Source: Acidobacteriota bacterium (lineage in GTDB: Bacteria; Acidobacteriota; Blastocatellia; Pyrinomonadales; Pyrinomonadaceae). Taken from it: DNA of 64,000 nt. Location of the stretch: NCBI GenBank assembly GCA_020200235.1, contig JAIVJC010000008.1, positions 449 through 64,448 of the forward strand, in the 5' to 3' direction. The notes below the pieces were generated by a model. It was given only the letters and a program-made list of their open reading frames with translations. It was not told the DNA's origin and searched no databases. The position numbers and the translations under genes are program-made. Of the stretch, positions 39,601 to 48,800 are shown piece after piece (within the stretch, counting starts at the first letter, position 1; each line of letters begins with the position of its first letter).

Positions 39601-39912
39601 GGTCACCACGATGTTCTCGCGCGTCACGCGACCGAAGTTCGCCACCGTCGCGTTCACGGTGTACTTCCCGAGCGGGAGGAACGGCGCGCTATACGTCCCC
39701 TCTTCGTTGGTGGTGACGGTGCGCTCCTGGCCGGTCTCGACGTTGCGGATGGTGATCGTGACGCCGGGGATGGCGGCGGCGTTCTGATCCGTCACCCTGC
39801 CCTGAACGGTGCCGGTGACGGTCTGGGCGGCGGCGAGCGGGCACGCCGCCCCAGCGAAGATCGCGAACGCCGCCGTGATGAAGAAGCGCGTGAAGCAAGC
39901 CTTGAGTGACAT
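36658..39912 (-). CDS. TonB-dependent receptor with N-terminal CarboxypepD_reg-like domain (1084 aa)
   Basis: ATG 39912 follows a perfect aaggag RBS. Signal peptide ...ACPLAAAQ. The CarboxypepD_reg pattern is TGTVQGRVTDQNAAAIPGVTITIRNVETG...GTYSAPFLPLGKYTV. A beta-barrel body follows and the terminal residue is F (ALRYTF). Confidence 0.9.
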   Translation of the reverse strand: MSLKACFTRFFITAAFAIFAGAACPLAAAQTVTGTVQGRVTDQNAAAIPGVTITIRNVETGQERTVTTNEEGTYSAPFLPLGKYTVNATVANFGRVTRENIVVTLNQTLAVNFELKPAVNEEVTITAEEAPINTTNAEVKQSLNTQEITDKPTLNQGNFLTLAETFTGFQENPVSGQNNPTASSGSSINFNGTGTRGATFQINGVNNDDSSENQNRQGVSLATIKEFQVITNNFTAEFGRGYGAVVLVQTLSGTNKLHGSAYWFNQNSALNATNNVFSPGLKKAVDRRNQFGMTGGFPLVKNHLFGFVSWDHTEDTGGANISRDVFLRSEHDPANWFNTTPANNTPANRAFIQATLARFAENNVYPNDPTRCPRCWRGVQSRDFPARDYSGRFDWNARQSDTVTGRWQYTRQRFTADDLIIGERADQNNKQQNIGFTWTHIFSPTVVGEARYGLGLRTTLVNIAVPIQRYQTDNQFVYNLSTFFGGNHQFKAGTDIRRQHLDDLADSFSRGFYNFNSASCNTVNYGSGFNSLLNGCVPNFQKGFGPFFLENRINEYNFYGEDNWRVRPNLTLNLGLRYEYVAVPEEAEGRIDYLYEDDKDNIEPRVGFAWSPAFKSGFWNDIFGGPGESSIRGGYGIYHGRIFQSVFSQGGAGLRFNPPNALNYTRTSSTTAPTQGFQPTNLADPTGGFVFVPGPQANRHPLTIVDPGLEMPYTQQWNLSYERQLPLKSALRLTYTGNRGIGLLRFAQGNLPLHDPVNGVFVANHPNNAAAQRGQVIRLAADAQCAGTAGTSAIPFTAACPVVVPIGALEYSVRVPRTDERRPDPRYSTNLLVSNASWSYYHGFQAQWDKRLSQGLNFQVSYTLSKSIDTTSEATNLGSAGDNNQNGNTARISRGPSLFHTPHRFTVYGTYRVPFFTGRKDLAGQVLGGWQVSTVVRLASGTPFTVTDSLGADVNLDGFTDSRPVIINTSILGQDIDNPANSQSRLPRSAFRSSTMADYGNGILGRNTFNRDGQQIVDLGLSKFFQMPWEGHRFMVRADMFNALNHVWYGLPNTDIQSVNFGRITGTYGLYRPRIIQMALRYTF

Positions 39913-40020
39913 CGCTGTCTCCTTAATCGTCACCATTGCCCTTAAAAGAAGGGCGGGGACTTTAGCGCCGCCTTGACCACCCGCCGCGCTCCGAGCCTTT
40001 GACGGGTGAACGCACTCTTA

Positions 40021-43000
40021 TCAGAAGTAGAACTTCACGCCGAGCTGGATGATGCGCGGGTCGCGCGTCGATGTCACGGCGCCGAAGTTGCTCGCCGTCA
40101 CGTTCGTGCTGATCGCCCTGAAGTTCGTGTGGTTGAAAAGGTTGAAAGCCTCGCCGCGAAGCTGGAAGCGCGTCGACTCCCCGAGTCGCACGTTCTTCGT
40201 GACGGTGAGATCGACGCGCGAGGTCGGCGGTCCGCCGATGGTGTTGATGCTCGCGTTGCCGAGGACGTTCGGCACGTCCGTGGCTGTGGTCGCGGGGTTA
40301 CGCGAGAAGCAGTTGGTGTTGAACCACTGCTGCTGCGTGTGCGACCCGCCCTGATTCGGATCGCAGAGCTGGTTGGGGCGGTTGCCAGCAGTTGGAACGG
40401 GGATGGTACCGACGCCAGACGCGTCAAAGCTCGAGGTCGTGGCGGTGAACGGCACGCCCGTGTAATAGCTGACGATGCCGGAGAACTGCCAGCCGCCGAG
40501 CAGCCGCCCCTCCGCGCCGCGCTGATCCTTGAACCAAGGTAGCTCGTAGATGTAGTTGACGGAGAGGATGTGCCTGCGGTCGAGGTTCGCGCGCCCGTAG
40601 TCGAGGCGGATGTCGTAAGGGTTCTGCGGCGGGTTGGAGCGATCCGAGCGGTTGTCGGAGAGGTTCTTCGAGAAAGTGTAAGCCACGTTGACCTGCGACG
40701 CCCCCGTGAAGCGGTGCTGGAGGAACGTCTGGAGGCTGTTGTAGTTCGAGTTGAAGCGCGTCTGCACGATCTCGACCGACTGGTAGCCGCGGTAGGGGCG
40801 AATCTGGTTGAGGATGTTCGAATTCTGCGGGCTGCCGGCCGCCGCGCCGCCGACGAAGGCGATGCCCCGCTGCTGGCAGGGCACGATGGTGGTCGATCCG
40901 GCGGTCGCGTTCGAGCGGCAGTTCTGCGTCAGCGCGAAGCCCGGCGGAAGCAGGTTCAGATCGACAAGGCCCGGCAAGTGCGTCCCCTTCGAGCCGTAGT
41001 AGCCGACGGTCATCACGGTCTTCTGCGTGAGCTGGCGCTGAACGTCCAACGACCAGTGCTGCGTGTAAGGCGTTTGGAAGTTAGTCTGCACGCCGCGCAC
41101 GCGGCTGAACACTGTGGCTGAGGGCGTCCCCTCCGCCCCGGCGAGCGGGTTGTCGAGGCGCGTGTTGTTGATGGTGACTGTCTGCTGGTAGGTCGGGTTC
41201 AGACCGATGGCGTTCAAGTAAATGCCCAGAAGCACCTGATCGTGATAGATGCCGTAGCCCGTGCGGACGGCGGTCTTGCCGTCGTGGAACGGATCCCACG
41301 CCAGCCCAACGCGCGGCGCGATGTTCCCCTTGTCGGTCTTGACGACCTGCTCGCCCCATGGCGAGATAGTCGCGCCGGCGACGGGGTTGCTCGCGTTCAC
41401 GATGAAGCCGTTGTTCGGGTTGAAGGTGCCGCTGCGCGTGCCGCGGCCGTCAACGATGGGGGCTTGCGCCGGGTTGTAGAGGGCCGGGTCGAAGTTCGAG
41501 AGCCGACCGTTGAGGTCCACGGGCTGGCCGAAGACCGAGTAGCGCGCGCCGTAGTAGAGAGTCAGGTTAGGGCGCACGCGCCACTCGTCCTGCCCGAAGA
41601 GTTCGAGGTTCTTGGCGCGCAAGTCCGCCGTGAAGTCGAAACGCGCCTGCGTGAAGGTGGCGTTCGTGCCGACGAGGAAATTCGCAAAGCGCTGGATGTT
41701 CTGGTTGATCGTCGAAGCCGTGACGCCGGCCGGCAGCGTCGCGCTGAAGCCGCTGAACTGGCCCTCGTTGATGCCGGCGAGCGCGTTCTCGTTCTTGCGA
41801 TACCAAGAGACGTTGCCGCCGAACTTGGTGGTGTGCGTGCCGCGGAGCAGGCTCGTGTTGGCGTAGAGCGACTTGTTGAAGGAGAAGTTGTCGTAGGGAC
41901 CGAAACCGCCCAGCGCGGTGAACCCGTTGCCCGAGACGCTCGGCACGCGGTCACTGTCGACGGTGAACGGCAGCGCGACGCTGATCGGCGAGTTGTTCCT
42001 CGCGAGGAGCCCAATGTTCTCGCTCTTGATCGCGCCGTAAGAGAAGGAGTAACCGCCCTCGATGATCGCGCTCGGCGTGAGAGCCCACGTGGCGCGCGCG
42101 ACGTGCGAGCGCCCCGGCGACTTCGTCTGGACGGTGGAGACGCCGGGCAGTCCCGTCCCGCTGCTGAAGATGGCGTTGGCGTCGATAGACGGGATCGAGT
42201 CGTTCTGGAAGCGGTAGAAGCCCGACAGATTCTTGGTGAAGTTGTGATCGAACTTGATGAGCTGCTGGTTGAAGTAAACCTGGTTACGCGCCGTGGCGGC
42301 GAGCTGGAAGTTCGTCAGGTTCGGCAGCGGCAGATTGTTGTATATCTCGTTGACGTAAGACTGAGACACGGGGCTGATGCGGTTGGCGGCCAGTTGCGTG
42401 TTGGCGGGCAGCACCTCTGTGCACGTGCCCGTGGCGTTGACGGTCAGGCAGACGGGGATCGGGAAGATGCCCCTGCGCAGGTTGGCGTCCGGGACGGTCG
42501 TGATCGGGAGCGAAGGGTAGCGTATGTCTCGGCGGTACTCCATCGAGAGGAAGAAGAAGGTGCGGTTGCGCCCGTCGTAGAGAACGGGGCCACCCTCGCC
42601 GAAGCGCGGCAGGTAGAGTGGACCTGCGAACGTGCCGCCGAAGTTGTTGTAGCGCAGCGGGCGGCGGCGGGCGCGTCCCTCCGAAGTCAGCCCCGCGTTC
42701 GCGTTCTGGTTGGTGAAGTAGTCGTTGGCGTTCATCCGCTCATTGCGAACGAACTCGAAGAGCGTCCCGTGGAAGTCATTCGAGCCCGAACGGGTGACGA
42801 CGTTGACCTGACCGCCGCCGCTGCGGCCGCTCTCAGCCGGGTAGAGGCTGCGCAGCACCTTGAACTCGCCGATGGCGTCGACGCTAGGGTAGGTTTGGAT
42901 GGTGATGTTCGAGCCGCGGTCGGTCGTGTCGGCGCCGTCCACCGTGTAGGTGTTAGAGCTCTGGCGCGCGCCGTTGACCGAGATGGCCAGGATGTTGGGC

Positions 43001-43551
43001 GCGCCGTTGTTGGTGTCGGGATCGGTCGTGCCAACCTCGAACAGGTCGTCGTTGTTGTGCGAGACGCCGGGAGCCAGCGTGACGAGTTGCACCCAGTTGC
43101 GGTTGTTCAACGACAGCTCTCGCACCTGATCGCCGCTGATCAGCGTCGAGGCGGTCGGCGTGGTCAACTCGACCGTGAGTGGGTCGGCTTGGACCGTTAC
43201 GACCTCGGAGATGTTACCCGCCTCGAGTGCCACGTGGAGCGTGCGGCGCTGGTTCACGTCGAGCTTGACGTTGGTCTGGGCAGACTTCTTAAAGTTTGCT
43301 GCTTCGACCGTCACTGTGTAGACGCCGGCGGGCAGCGACGGCGCGGAGTATTCGCCGTCATCTCCCGTGGTGACCGTCCGCACCACGACCTTCTTTTCCT
43401 GATCGGTGATAGTGACTGTCGCGCCGGCGACGGTTGCGCCGGTCGAGTCCTTAACCGTGCCGTTGATCGTGCCGGTGACATCCTGAGCCGTGACGGCCGC
43501 AGTGCCGAGCGCGAGCGTGAGCGTGACGACCGATAAAATTCTTCTCAACAT
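40021..43551 (-). CDS. TonB-dependent receptor with N-terminal CarboxypepD_reg-like domain (1176 aa)
   Basis: ATG 43551 (MLRRILSVVTLTLALGTAAVTAQ) follows ggagg. The same domain pattern is present (TGTINGTVKDSTGATVAGATVTITD...GEYSAPSLPAGVYTV). LNNRNW is plug-like. The terminal sequence is F (GVKFYF). Confidence 0.9.
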   Translation of the reverse strand: MLRRILSVVTLTLALGTAAVTAQDVTGTINGTVKDSTGATVAGATVTITDQEKKVVVRTVTTGDDGEYSAPSLPAGVYTVTVEAANFKKSAQTNVKLDVNQRRTLHVALEAGNISEVVTVQADPLTVELTTPTASTLISGDQVRELSLNNRNWVQLVTLAPGVSHNNDDLFEVGTTDPDTNNGAPNILAISVNGARQSSNTYTVDGADTTDRGSNITIQTYPSVDAIGEFKVLRSLYPAESGRSGGGQVNVVTRSGSNDFHGTLFEFVRNERMNANDYFTNQNANAGLTSEGRARRRPLRYNNFGGTFAGPLYLPRFGEGGPVLYDGRNRTFFFLSMEYRRDIRYPSLPITTVPDANLRRGIFPIPVCLTVNATGTCTEVLPANTQLAANRISPVSQSYVNEIYNNLPLPNLTNFQLAATARNQVYFNQQLIKFDHNFTKNLSGFYRFQNDSIPSIDANAIFSSGTGLPGVSTVQTKSPGRSHVARATWALTPSAIIEGGYSFSYGAIKSENIGLLARNNSPISVALPFTVDSDRVPSVSGNGFTALGGFGPYDNFSFNKSLYANTSLLRGTHTTKFGGNVSWYRKNENALAGINEGQFSGFSATLPAGVTASTINQNIQRFANFLVGTNATFTQARFDFTADLRAKNLELFGQDEWRVRPNLTLYYGARYSVFGQPVDLNGRLSNFDPALYNPAQAPIVDGRGTRSGTFNPNNGFIVNASNPVAGATISPWGEQVVKTDKGNIAPRVGLAWDPFHDGKTAVRTGYGIYHDQVLLGIYLNAIGLNPTYQQTVTINNTRLDNPLAGAEGTPSATVFSRVRGVQTNFQTPYTQHWSLDVQRQLTQKTVMTVGYYGSKGTHLPGLVDLNLLPPGFALTQNCRSNATAGSTTIVPCQQRGIAFVGGAAAGSPQNSNILNQIRPYRGYQSVEIVQTRFNSNYNSLQTFLQHRFTGASQVNVAYTFSKNLSDNRSDRSNPPQNPYDIRLDYGRANLDRRHILSVNYIYELPWFKDQRGAEGRLLGGWQFSGIVSYYTGVPFTATTSSFDASGVGTIPVPTAGNRPNQLCDPNQGGSHTQQQWFNTNCFSRNPATTATDVPNVLGNASINTIGGPPTSRVDLTVTKNVRLGESTRFQLRGEAFNLFNHTNFRAISTNVTASNFGAVTSTRDPRIIQLGVKFYF

Positions 43552-43670
43552 AAGGCTGCCTCCAGTGGTGAAAGGGGGTGAACGACTGCAATCATCAGAG
43601 CGCCCGGACGCGATGGCGTCCGCCGCGCCGGAACAATTTCTCAAACTTTTTCGCGGCTCCCCGCCGCCGC

Positions 43671-45175
43671 TCATCGCGACGCGACCGCGGACGACGGCGG
43701 CGCGGCTCCCGCGCCGCGCAGCGCCGCGCCGGGGCGCGCCTCGGTCATGCGCGAGTCGGCGAAGACCTCCGCGCCGTTGACGACGACGTGGCTCAAGCCC
43801 GCCGGGTACTGGTGCGGCTGCTCGAAGGTGGCGCGATCCGCGAAGAGCGCGTCGTCGAAGACGACCACGTCAGCCGCGTAGCCCTCGCGCAGCAAGCCCC
43901 GATCCGTCAGGCGGAAGGTCTGCGCCGGCAGCGAGGTCATCTTCCTGACGGCGTCCTCGAGCGTGACGATCTTCAGCTCCCTCACGTAGCGACCGAGCAC
44001 GCGCGCGTTGTTGCCGTAGCCGCGCGGGTGCGGGACTCCGTCGCCGAGCCGGTGCACGCCCGAGTCCGACGCGATCATGGTGAAGGGCTCGCGCATGATC
44101 GCCTGCACGTCGCGCTCGTCCATGCTGTGGTAGATCATGCCGGCTCCGCCCGCCGCGTACATCTCGAGCATCTGCTCGATCTGGCTGTCGGCGTCCTTCT
44201 TCTTGCGCGCCTCGAGCGTGATCTGCGCGATGGACTTGCCGTTGAACGCGGGGTTCGGCGCGTAGCGCGCGACGACGGCGTAGGAGTAGTCCTTCTGCAT
44301 GCTCCGCTTGAGGGAGTCGCGCATCTCCTTGCGCACGCGCTCGCGCGTCGCCGGATCGCCCAGCCGCTTCTTCCCCTCCTCGCGCCCGCCTTCGAGGAGC
44401 CACGAGGGCAGGCGCGAGTCGAGCGAGGTCGAGCTCGCCGTGTAGGCGTACTGATCGACCGTCACGGCGAGACCGCGAGAGCGCGCCTCGCGCACGAGAC
44501 CGAGCGTCATCTGGCTCTCGCCCCACAGGCGCTTGGTGCTGATCTCTTCGCGTAAGTGCCGGGGACGTAGATGAGCCCCGTGGAGAGACCGACCGCGCCG
44601 TCGCGCATCGCCTGCTCGACGATCGACTCCATCTGCCGCAACTCGTCGGGCGAGGGCTCGCGGTTGACGAGCCCCATCACTTTCTGCCTGACCGAGCCGT
44701 GCGCGACGAGCGTGGCGAGGTTGACGGCGAGCGGCGTCTTCTGCGCGCGACCGAGGAACTCCGCGACGTTCGTCGCCGAGCTCCCGCAGTTGCCGGTGAC
44801 GAGCGTGGTCACGCCCATCCGCACGAAGTTCTCCGCCGCCGGCTGGTTGTAGATGCTCTCGACGTGCGTGTGCACGTCGATGAAGCCGGGCGCGACGATC
44901 TGGTTGCGCGCGTCGATGACGGCGCGAGTTTCCGCCGGGCTGATGCGGCCCACGCGCGCGATGCGCCCGTCCTTGATCCCAACGTCGGCGCGGAACCACG
45001 GGTTGCCCGTGCCGTCGACGATCCGCCCGTTCGTGATCAGGAGATCGTAAGCTGGCGCGCCCGCCTGCGGCGGCGGCTGCTGCCCGCGCGGGGTCGCGGC
45101 CGGACTTGCGAGCAAGGCGGCGACAAGCGCGGTGAAGATCAGACGCCGGGTGAATGTCTGGGTCATCAAGCTCAC
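43671..45175 (-). pseudogene. N-acyl-D-amino-acid deacylase (D-aminoacylase) disrupted by internal deletion and frameshift
   Basis: The N-part (44507..45175 frame) has a signal peptide, GFIDVHTH and ...GLSTGLIYVPGTYA. Homology then continues in another frame (EEISTKRLWGES...VDQYAYTASSTSLD...HPRGYGNNARVLG...). About 50 aa expected between the two parts, including the SHxR His region, are absent. Confidence 0.7.
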
Positions 45176-45631
45176 GCGGGAGGCGGACGCGCCACGCGTG
45201 CGTGCGCGCCTAAGCCATTTAATTAGAGTGTCTGGTTGCAGTCGGACGAAGCTCTAACGGGACGCGGCGGCGGACAAAGCCCCTCGGACGGACGCCGCTT
45301 TGGTATCAGCGCGCACATTCTAATGAACGTGCCTGCGATAATGAAAGCTAAAAGTTTTTATCTGCGGCATAAGGAGCTGTAATGTCACGGGCGCGCGCCG
45401 CGCCGCCCCCGACGACCGGCGCGCAGTGCGCCGGAGTGATATTTCGGGGGTGCAATTCATGTTCCGACGCGGCGCGATCGCGTTTCCTCTGGGGATTCGT
45501 CGCGTGCGGCTCACGCCTTACAAAAAAATGGACGCGCCCCTACGCTTTTTCGGATTCGACTACGAGCCGCGCGCCGCGAGAGTCGGGGGCGCGGTCGGGC
45601 GCGCGCGCGCGCGGCGGCTAAAACTTTTCCC

Positions 45632-45659
45632 TTGACGGTGAGCGCGCCGCCTGTATATT
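45632..45659 (+). promoter_or_regulatory. Sigma70-like promoter candidate for the 45854 receptor gene
   Basis: TTGACG (45632-45637), a 16-nt spacer, then TATATT (45654-45659). It is preceded by CTTTTCCC and would give a leader of about 190 nt. Confidence 0.35.
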
Positions 45660-45853
45660 TTGCGTCATTCATTCTTGAGAGTGGCGCGCCGCCCGGCGCG
45701 GCTGTTGTGTTCGAAGGGCGGCGACTCGCAGAAGCGCGAATCATTTTCTCCAAACTCTTTCCGGCTCTCCGGCAGCGATCCTACGGCGCGGAGTTTCCCG
45801 CGCCTCCCAGCCTTCGCAGGCTTTGCTGTTTCCCACTTCCCAGGAGGTCTCTC

Positions 45854-48800
45854 ATGTCACGTATCATCCCGCGCGCCCTCTGCCTCGCCGCCGCACTCGT
45901 CCTCGCGGCGGGAACACTTTCCGCGCAGACATCAACCTCGCGCATCACGGGCACCGTCACCGATTCGACCGGCGCGGTCGTCGCGGGCGCGACCGTCACG
46001 GCGAAGAACGAAGCGACCGGCGTCACGCAGACGCAGGTGACGACCGACTCCGGTCTCTACGCCTTCACCTCGCTCCCCGTCGGGGCGTACACCGTCTCGG
46101 TGGAGCGGCAAGGGTTCAAGACTGCACAGCGCACCAACAACCAACTGCTCGTCAACACGCCGCTCTCCGTCGACATGGTGCTCGAAGCCGGCAACGTCTC
46201 CGAGGTCGTCACCGTGCAGGGCGGCGCGGAGCAGCTCCAAACCTCGAACGCCACCATCGGCAACGTCGTCGAGCAGAAGGCTATCGAGCAGCTCCCGCTG
46301 AACGGTCGCAACCCGCTCACCCTCCTCGTCTACGAGCCGGGAGTCGTGCAACGCTCGGCGGGAGGCGCGGGCTCCGGCATCCACGTCAACGGCTCGCGCG
46401 ACCGCGCCTTCAACGTGACCATCGACGGCATCGAGGCGAACGAATCGTCCGTGCCCAACCCGGTCTCGAACCTCTACCGCCTGAACCCCGACAACGTGCA
46501 GGAGTTCAAGGTCACGACCAACAACGCGACCGCCGAAGAGGGGCGCAACTCCGGCGCGTCGATCTCGGTGCGCACCCGCTCGGGGACGAACGAGCTGCAC
46601 GGCAACGCCTTCTACTTCCACCGCAACGACGCGCTCAACTCCAAAGAGTTCTTCGCCAACGCCCTCAACCAGCCGAAGCAGATCATCAAGCTCCACCAGT
46701 TCGGCGGCGAGGCGGGCGGCCCCGTCATCCGCGACAAGACGTTCTTCTTCGGCAGCTACCAGATGAACCGCGTCTCCTTCACTCAGGCCATTGACCAAAC
46801 CTTCGGCGTGCCCATCGTCTACACGGGGCTCGCGCGCCAGGGCATCTTCCGCTATTTCGTGCCCGACCCGGCGAACCCGCTCGTCATCAACGGCACGACC
46901 ATCACGCGCAACAGCCGCCTCCTCGTCGATTCATCGACGGGCAACCTCGTCTCCGGCGTGAGCCTCTGCTCGACGCCGACGCAGTTGCGCTGCGTCCGCA
47001 CCTACAACGTCCTCGACCCGGCGAACAACACGGGCGGGCGCACCTTCGATCAGTCGGTCGCCGCCCTGATCAACCGCTACCCCGCGCCGAACAACTTCAA
47101 CGTGGGCGGCGACGGTCTCAACACCGGCGCGTACCTCTGGAACCCGCCGACGAAGATCAAGGGGCCCGCCTACATGGCGCGCATCGATCACACCTTCAAC
47201 CAGTCGAACAGCATCTTCGGCCGCTACCTCTTCTCCGACTACAACACGCTCGAAGGCGATCCGCTGAACGGCAGGCCGCAGGTCTTCCCCGGCTTCGCGC
47301 CGCTCGGCGAAGTTTACCGCCGCACCTCCGGTCTCGCGCTCAACTACCGCCACGTCTTCTCGCCCTACATCACCAACGAGGTGACGGTCGGCTACGGGCG
47401 CTTCCAGTTCCTCTTCACGCAGGGCGAGGCGAACCCCGACTTCCCGAACGTGCCGCCCTTCGACTTCAACAACCTGAGCGAGCCCTACAACAACACGCCG
47501 CGCACGGCGCGCGCCGTCACCACGCCGCAGATTCTCGACAACCTGACGGTCGTCCGCGGCGCGCATGTCATAGGCGCTGGCGCGAACATTCGCGTCTATC
47601 GCCACGTCGATCAGCGCGGTCAGCCGGGCGGCATCAACGTCACGCCCGCCATCGACTTCGCGCCTAGCCGCCGCAACCCGTTCGCCGCGGGCGGCGGCTT
47701 CACCACGGCGGCGAACATCGACACCACCACTGACATCACGACCCTTCGAGGTCTCATCAACAACGTCTTCGGTCTGCCTGCCCGCATCCAGCAGACCTTC
47801 ATCTCTAACCTCAACCAGGACGTCTTCCTGCCCTTCAAGGTCGGCGATCAGGTGACGCTCTTCGCCGAGCAACACAAGCTCAACCAGTTCAACTTCTACG
47901 CGCAGGACGAGTGGAAGGCGCGCCAGAACCTGACGCTCAGCTACGGCTTGCGCTGGGAGATTAACCCGGCGGCGACCACCGTCGGCGGCTCAGTCCTGCG
48001 ACCGACGACCGCGATCACGAACCAGACCGTCACGTTCGCGCCCGCCGACACCTGGTACGACACCACGAAGTTGGGCGTCTTCGGACCGCGCCTCGGTCTC
48101 GCGTGGTCACCCGCCTTCAAGAGCGGCCCGTTCAAGTCGCTCTTTGGCACGAACAGCCGCAGCGTCATCCGCCTCGGCTACGGCATCGCCTATGACACGA
48201 TCTCTTCGTTCCAGGTGACAGCCGCCGCCGGGCGTGTCCCCGGCTTACTCGTTACCTGTTCATCCACCTTCAACAATACGACGCAGACCTTCAGCACCGC
48301 GACTAACGGCTGCGTGCCGCCGACGAGCACGAGCCTCGCAGGCGGCTTCCCGCTCCTGTTGTCCCCGCCGACGACGAAACCCTCTTCATTCCTGACGCTA
48401 CCCGTCCAAACCGTCAATAACGCGCCACCCGTGACGGTTTTCGCACCCGAGATGAAAGTCCCGACGGTGCACCAGTGGAATGTCTCGTTCCAGCGGGAGT
48501 TGCCGGGCGGCTTCGTCGGGCAGATGGCATACGTCGGTCGCGCGGGCAACCGCCTCTTCATGGCGTACAACATCAACCAGATCAACTCCGATCCGATCCT
48601 GCCGTCGTTCCTGTTGCTACAGGAGAACGTGCGCCGCGGGTGTAACCCGGCGGGCACGGTCTGCGTCGGGGGCGCGACCCCGATCCCGGCGTCGCAAATT
48701 CCGCTCATCGGTCAGCTCAACGCCCTCGGCGGCGGCACCGCCGGCGTCACCTTCGTCAACTCGGACGACGTGGTGGGCGACCTCAGGCTCAACGCGGCGG

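Noticed and set aside
45176-45853. Small ORFs 45320..45514-, 45382..45621+, 45426..45635+ and 45511..45753-, and the 222-nt 5' extension of the 45632..49720 ORF.
   Set aside because: They mutually overlap, have poor composition and lack an RBS. The receptor has an excellent aggagg-ATG start at 45854 followed directly by a signal peptide.
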